DNA of 60,296 nucleotides, the filler included, from Bipalium vagum (taxonomy: Eukaryota), in assembly GCA_037834085.1 (NCBI GenBank). It is 3 parts of 3 records of this genome, joined end to end, with 100 filler letters (N's around TTAATTAATTAA, not from the genome) between each part and the next. Parts side by side here need not be neighbours in the genome. Positions count along the whole stretch, not along the records: positions 43,722 to 60,296 come from JBBMKC010104588.1; 2 more parts are not named here. One strand, written 5' to 3'. Both the position numbers and the translations under genes were made by a program. Below the pieces are notes generated by a model that ran no database searches, was not told the origin of the DNA, and was given only the letters and a program-made list of their open reading frames with translations. Position 1 is the first letter of the stretch, and the number at the start of each line of letters is the position of its first letter. Below, one piece after another: positions 58,230-60,296 of this stretch.

Positions 58230-58970
58230 TATGAATTATTATTCAAACACCGAAAGGTCAGATATGCATCTTATATATGGGTTAGCGAATGGGAATTCTT
58301 TAAAAGATAAGAGGTAATACGCTGAGCGATTTCCAAAACACCATGGTCCTGATAGGAGAACCTTTGAACGAATTCATCGGTATCTTTATGAAGCAGGTAC
58401 GTTTAAAGATGCAAGCACGTTAAGAAAACCAAAAACAAAAAGAAGATACATTGAAGAAAATGTGTGGGATATGGTAGAGGAAAATCTAAATACTTAAACT
58501 AAAATAATACCCAAGTCCTTGAATGTAAGTAATTAAACTGTGGGAGATTTTGAGGTAATGAATATTTTTCGATACTACATGCAAGGTGTTCAAGCACTGT
58601 TTCACAGAGATTTTTCTCCGCCAAAACCATTTTGTCAATGGGTGAAACAAACATTGTTTAAAAATTCTAATGAGCCTAATTTCGTTTACCGATGAAGCAG
58701 ATTTTTCAAAGAATGCCAGTAAATTTCCATAATAAACCTCTATCGGCGAAAAAAAATCTGAGACACGTAGAGATCATTTCCAATATCAGTTTTCATTGAA
58801 CGTTTGGATTGGAATTGAATGCTTTTTTAATCGGACCGGTTATCCTACCAGGAAGGCTTATCGCAGAATTATTTTGACGTTAGGCTACCTGAGTTACTTG
58901 AAGATATTGGCAATAAGAAAAGTCATGTGGTATATGCATGAAAATATACCTGGTGGAGATCATTTTCAAC
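58230..58970 (+). mobile_element. rosa/DD41D-like remnant
   Basis: DMHLIYGLANGN...YAERFP...PDRRTFERIH; FTDEADF; LNVWIGI. Confidence 0.75.
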
Positions 58971-59167
58971 AGTTTCTAAAAATAATTATTATTATTTTTT
59001 TTGTTTATAATCCTTAAATCTTTAAAACGAGACGACCTAGAAAAAAATGTTACTATAAAATTATTCATATAATAAAGCAAGGAATCATGTTCTATATTTT
59101 ACCCCATGTTTAACTAACATCATGCAAGATTAATACAGTGAAACCTTCATAAATGAACACCTTTGTT

Positions 59168-60060
59168 ATTAGGTTGTCCAGTATGAAATGTCGTTTTTTT
59201 ATCTAAATTTTCAAAATTAAATTATTCGATAAATATTAATCGAAAATCTTGTTTAAATATTCCAAATAAAAGCCAGATTTTCACAGTTTATTTACATTGT
59301 AAAAATAAGAATATCAACAAATTCGCATATGTATGCAGTACGAGTAAACTCAAACACAAGGCATCACAAGCAGCCGAAAACATCAATGTTGCACGAGGGG
59401 AAGGCAGCACTAACGTACGGACTACACAGCTATGGTTCAAAAAATTTCGGGATGGTAACTTTAGCTTGGTCAATGAAGATCGCGGAAGACCAATTTCTCA
59501 TCTAAGTGAAGACCGTTTGAAAGCAGCTGTTGAAGAAATCACTCGCCAATCACTAAGAGAACTTGCCCAAGATCCGAATGTCTCAAAATCAACTGTCTCT
59601 GTTCATCTCAAAAAGAATGGGTAGGTCAAGAAGCTTGATGCATGGGTTCCACATGAATTGACTGAAGGACAACAAAAAGCAAGATATGAAGTTTGTTCTT
59701 CCTTAATTATTCGGAATGAAATTGATCCCTTTTTGTGTCGCATTGTGACATGTGACGAAAAGTGGATTGCATATGATAATCGACGACGACGAAGCAGACA
59801 TCTAAGCCAAGTCTTCACCCGAAGAAGACTATGATAACTGTTAGGTGGTCTGCAACTGGCGTAATCCATTACGACTTTCTAAAATTTGGTGAGACAATTA
59901 CTGCACAGTCATACTGTCATCAAATAGAGACTATGCACAGTAAGTTGCTTGACACACAACCAGGACTGGTAAATCGAAAGGGCCCAATTTTGCTTCATGA
60001 TAATGCTTGACCGCATGTCTCTAAAATGGCTGTACAAAAATTGCATGAATTGAAGTATGA
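59168..60060 (+). mobile_element. Mariner element, decayed
   Basis: TIR-like TATTAGGTTGTCCAG. Motifs WFKKFRDGNF, WVPHELT, VTCDEKWIAYDN and LLHDNA*PH. Confidence 0.92.
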
Positions 60061-60296
60061 CTAATGCAATGGGATGTCTAAAAATCTTATCCGATTATAT
60101 AATTTGAAATTTTTAAATTTTGGGATGGAAAGATGCAAAATGAAAAATTGTAAATATTAAAATAAAAGGAAGTTTTAATAAGATAATAATGAAATAACCT
60201 GAAAATTAAAGTCTGGAGTATGTCTTTTATTGGCAAGGCTGTCTATAATAACTTTCTTCAGATTTTCTGACCATATCGGTTCCTCTTTATCCATGC

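Overview
Very AT-rich eukaryotic (animal) genomic DNA, most likely a flatworm. This is inferred from a PWamide/NPP-5-type neuropeptide and 40-80 nt introns. The window spans three contigs joined by two artificial 100-nt gap linkers. Three intact host genes were reconstructed by hand with consistent GT-AG phases: a single-peptide PWamide (NPP-5/MIP-like) precursor (27922-28131, +), a 6-exon cysteine string protein/DNAJC5 (36189-42041, +, 218 aa) and an 11-exon 6-phosphofructo-2-kinase/fructose-2,6-bisphosphatase (55556-48093, -, 468 aa). The rest is mostly decayed transposons: mariner, Tc1, maT-like, rosa-like, pogo, hAT (Charlie- and CGGBP-type), Merlin, a Polinton integrase, an RLE-type LINE and an LTR-like repeat family. 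Most notable: (1) an LTR-like promoter apparently splicing an AT-hook exon in frame onto a TIR-less mariner DNA-binding domain; (2) a covarying structured RNA in that repeat; (3) an exon encoding five 13-aa repeats, antisense to a second copy of the repeat; (4) a T-arm-less tRNA-Ala derivative inside a perfect 15-bp inverted repeat; (5) a candidate poison exon in CSP; (6) a PFKFB with substituted kinase residues. No database searches were run; family calls rest on recognised motifs.
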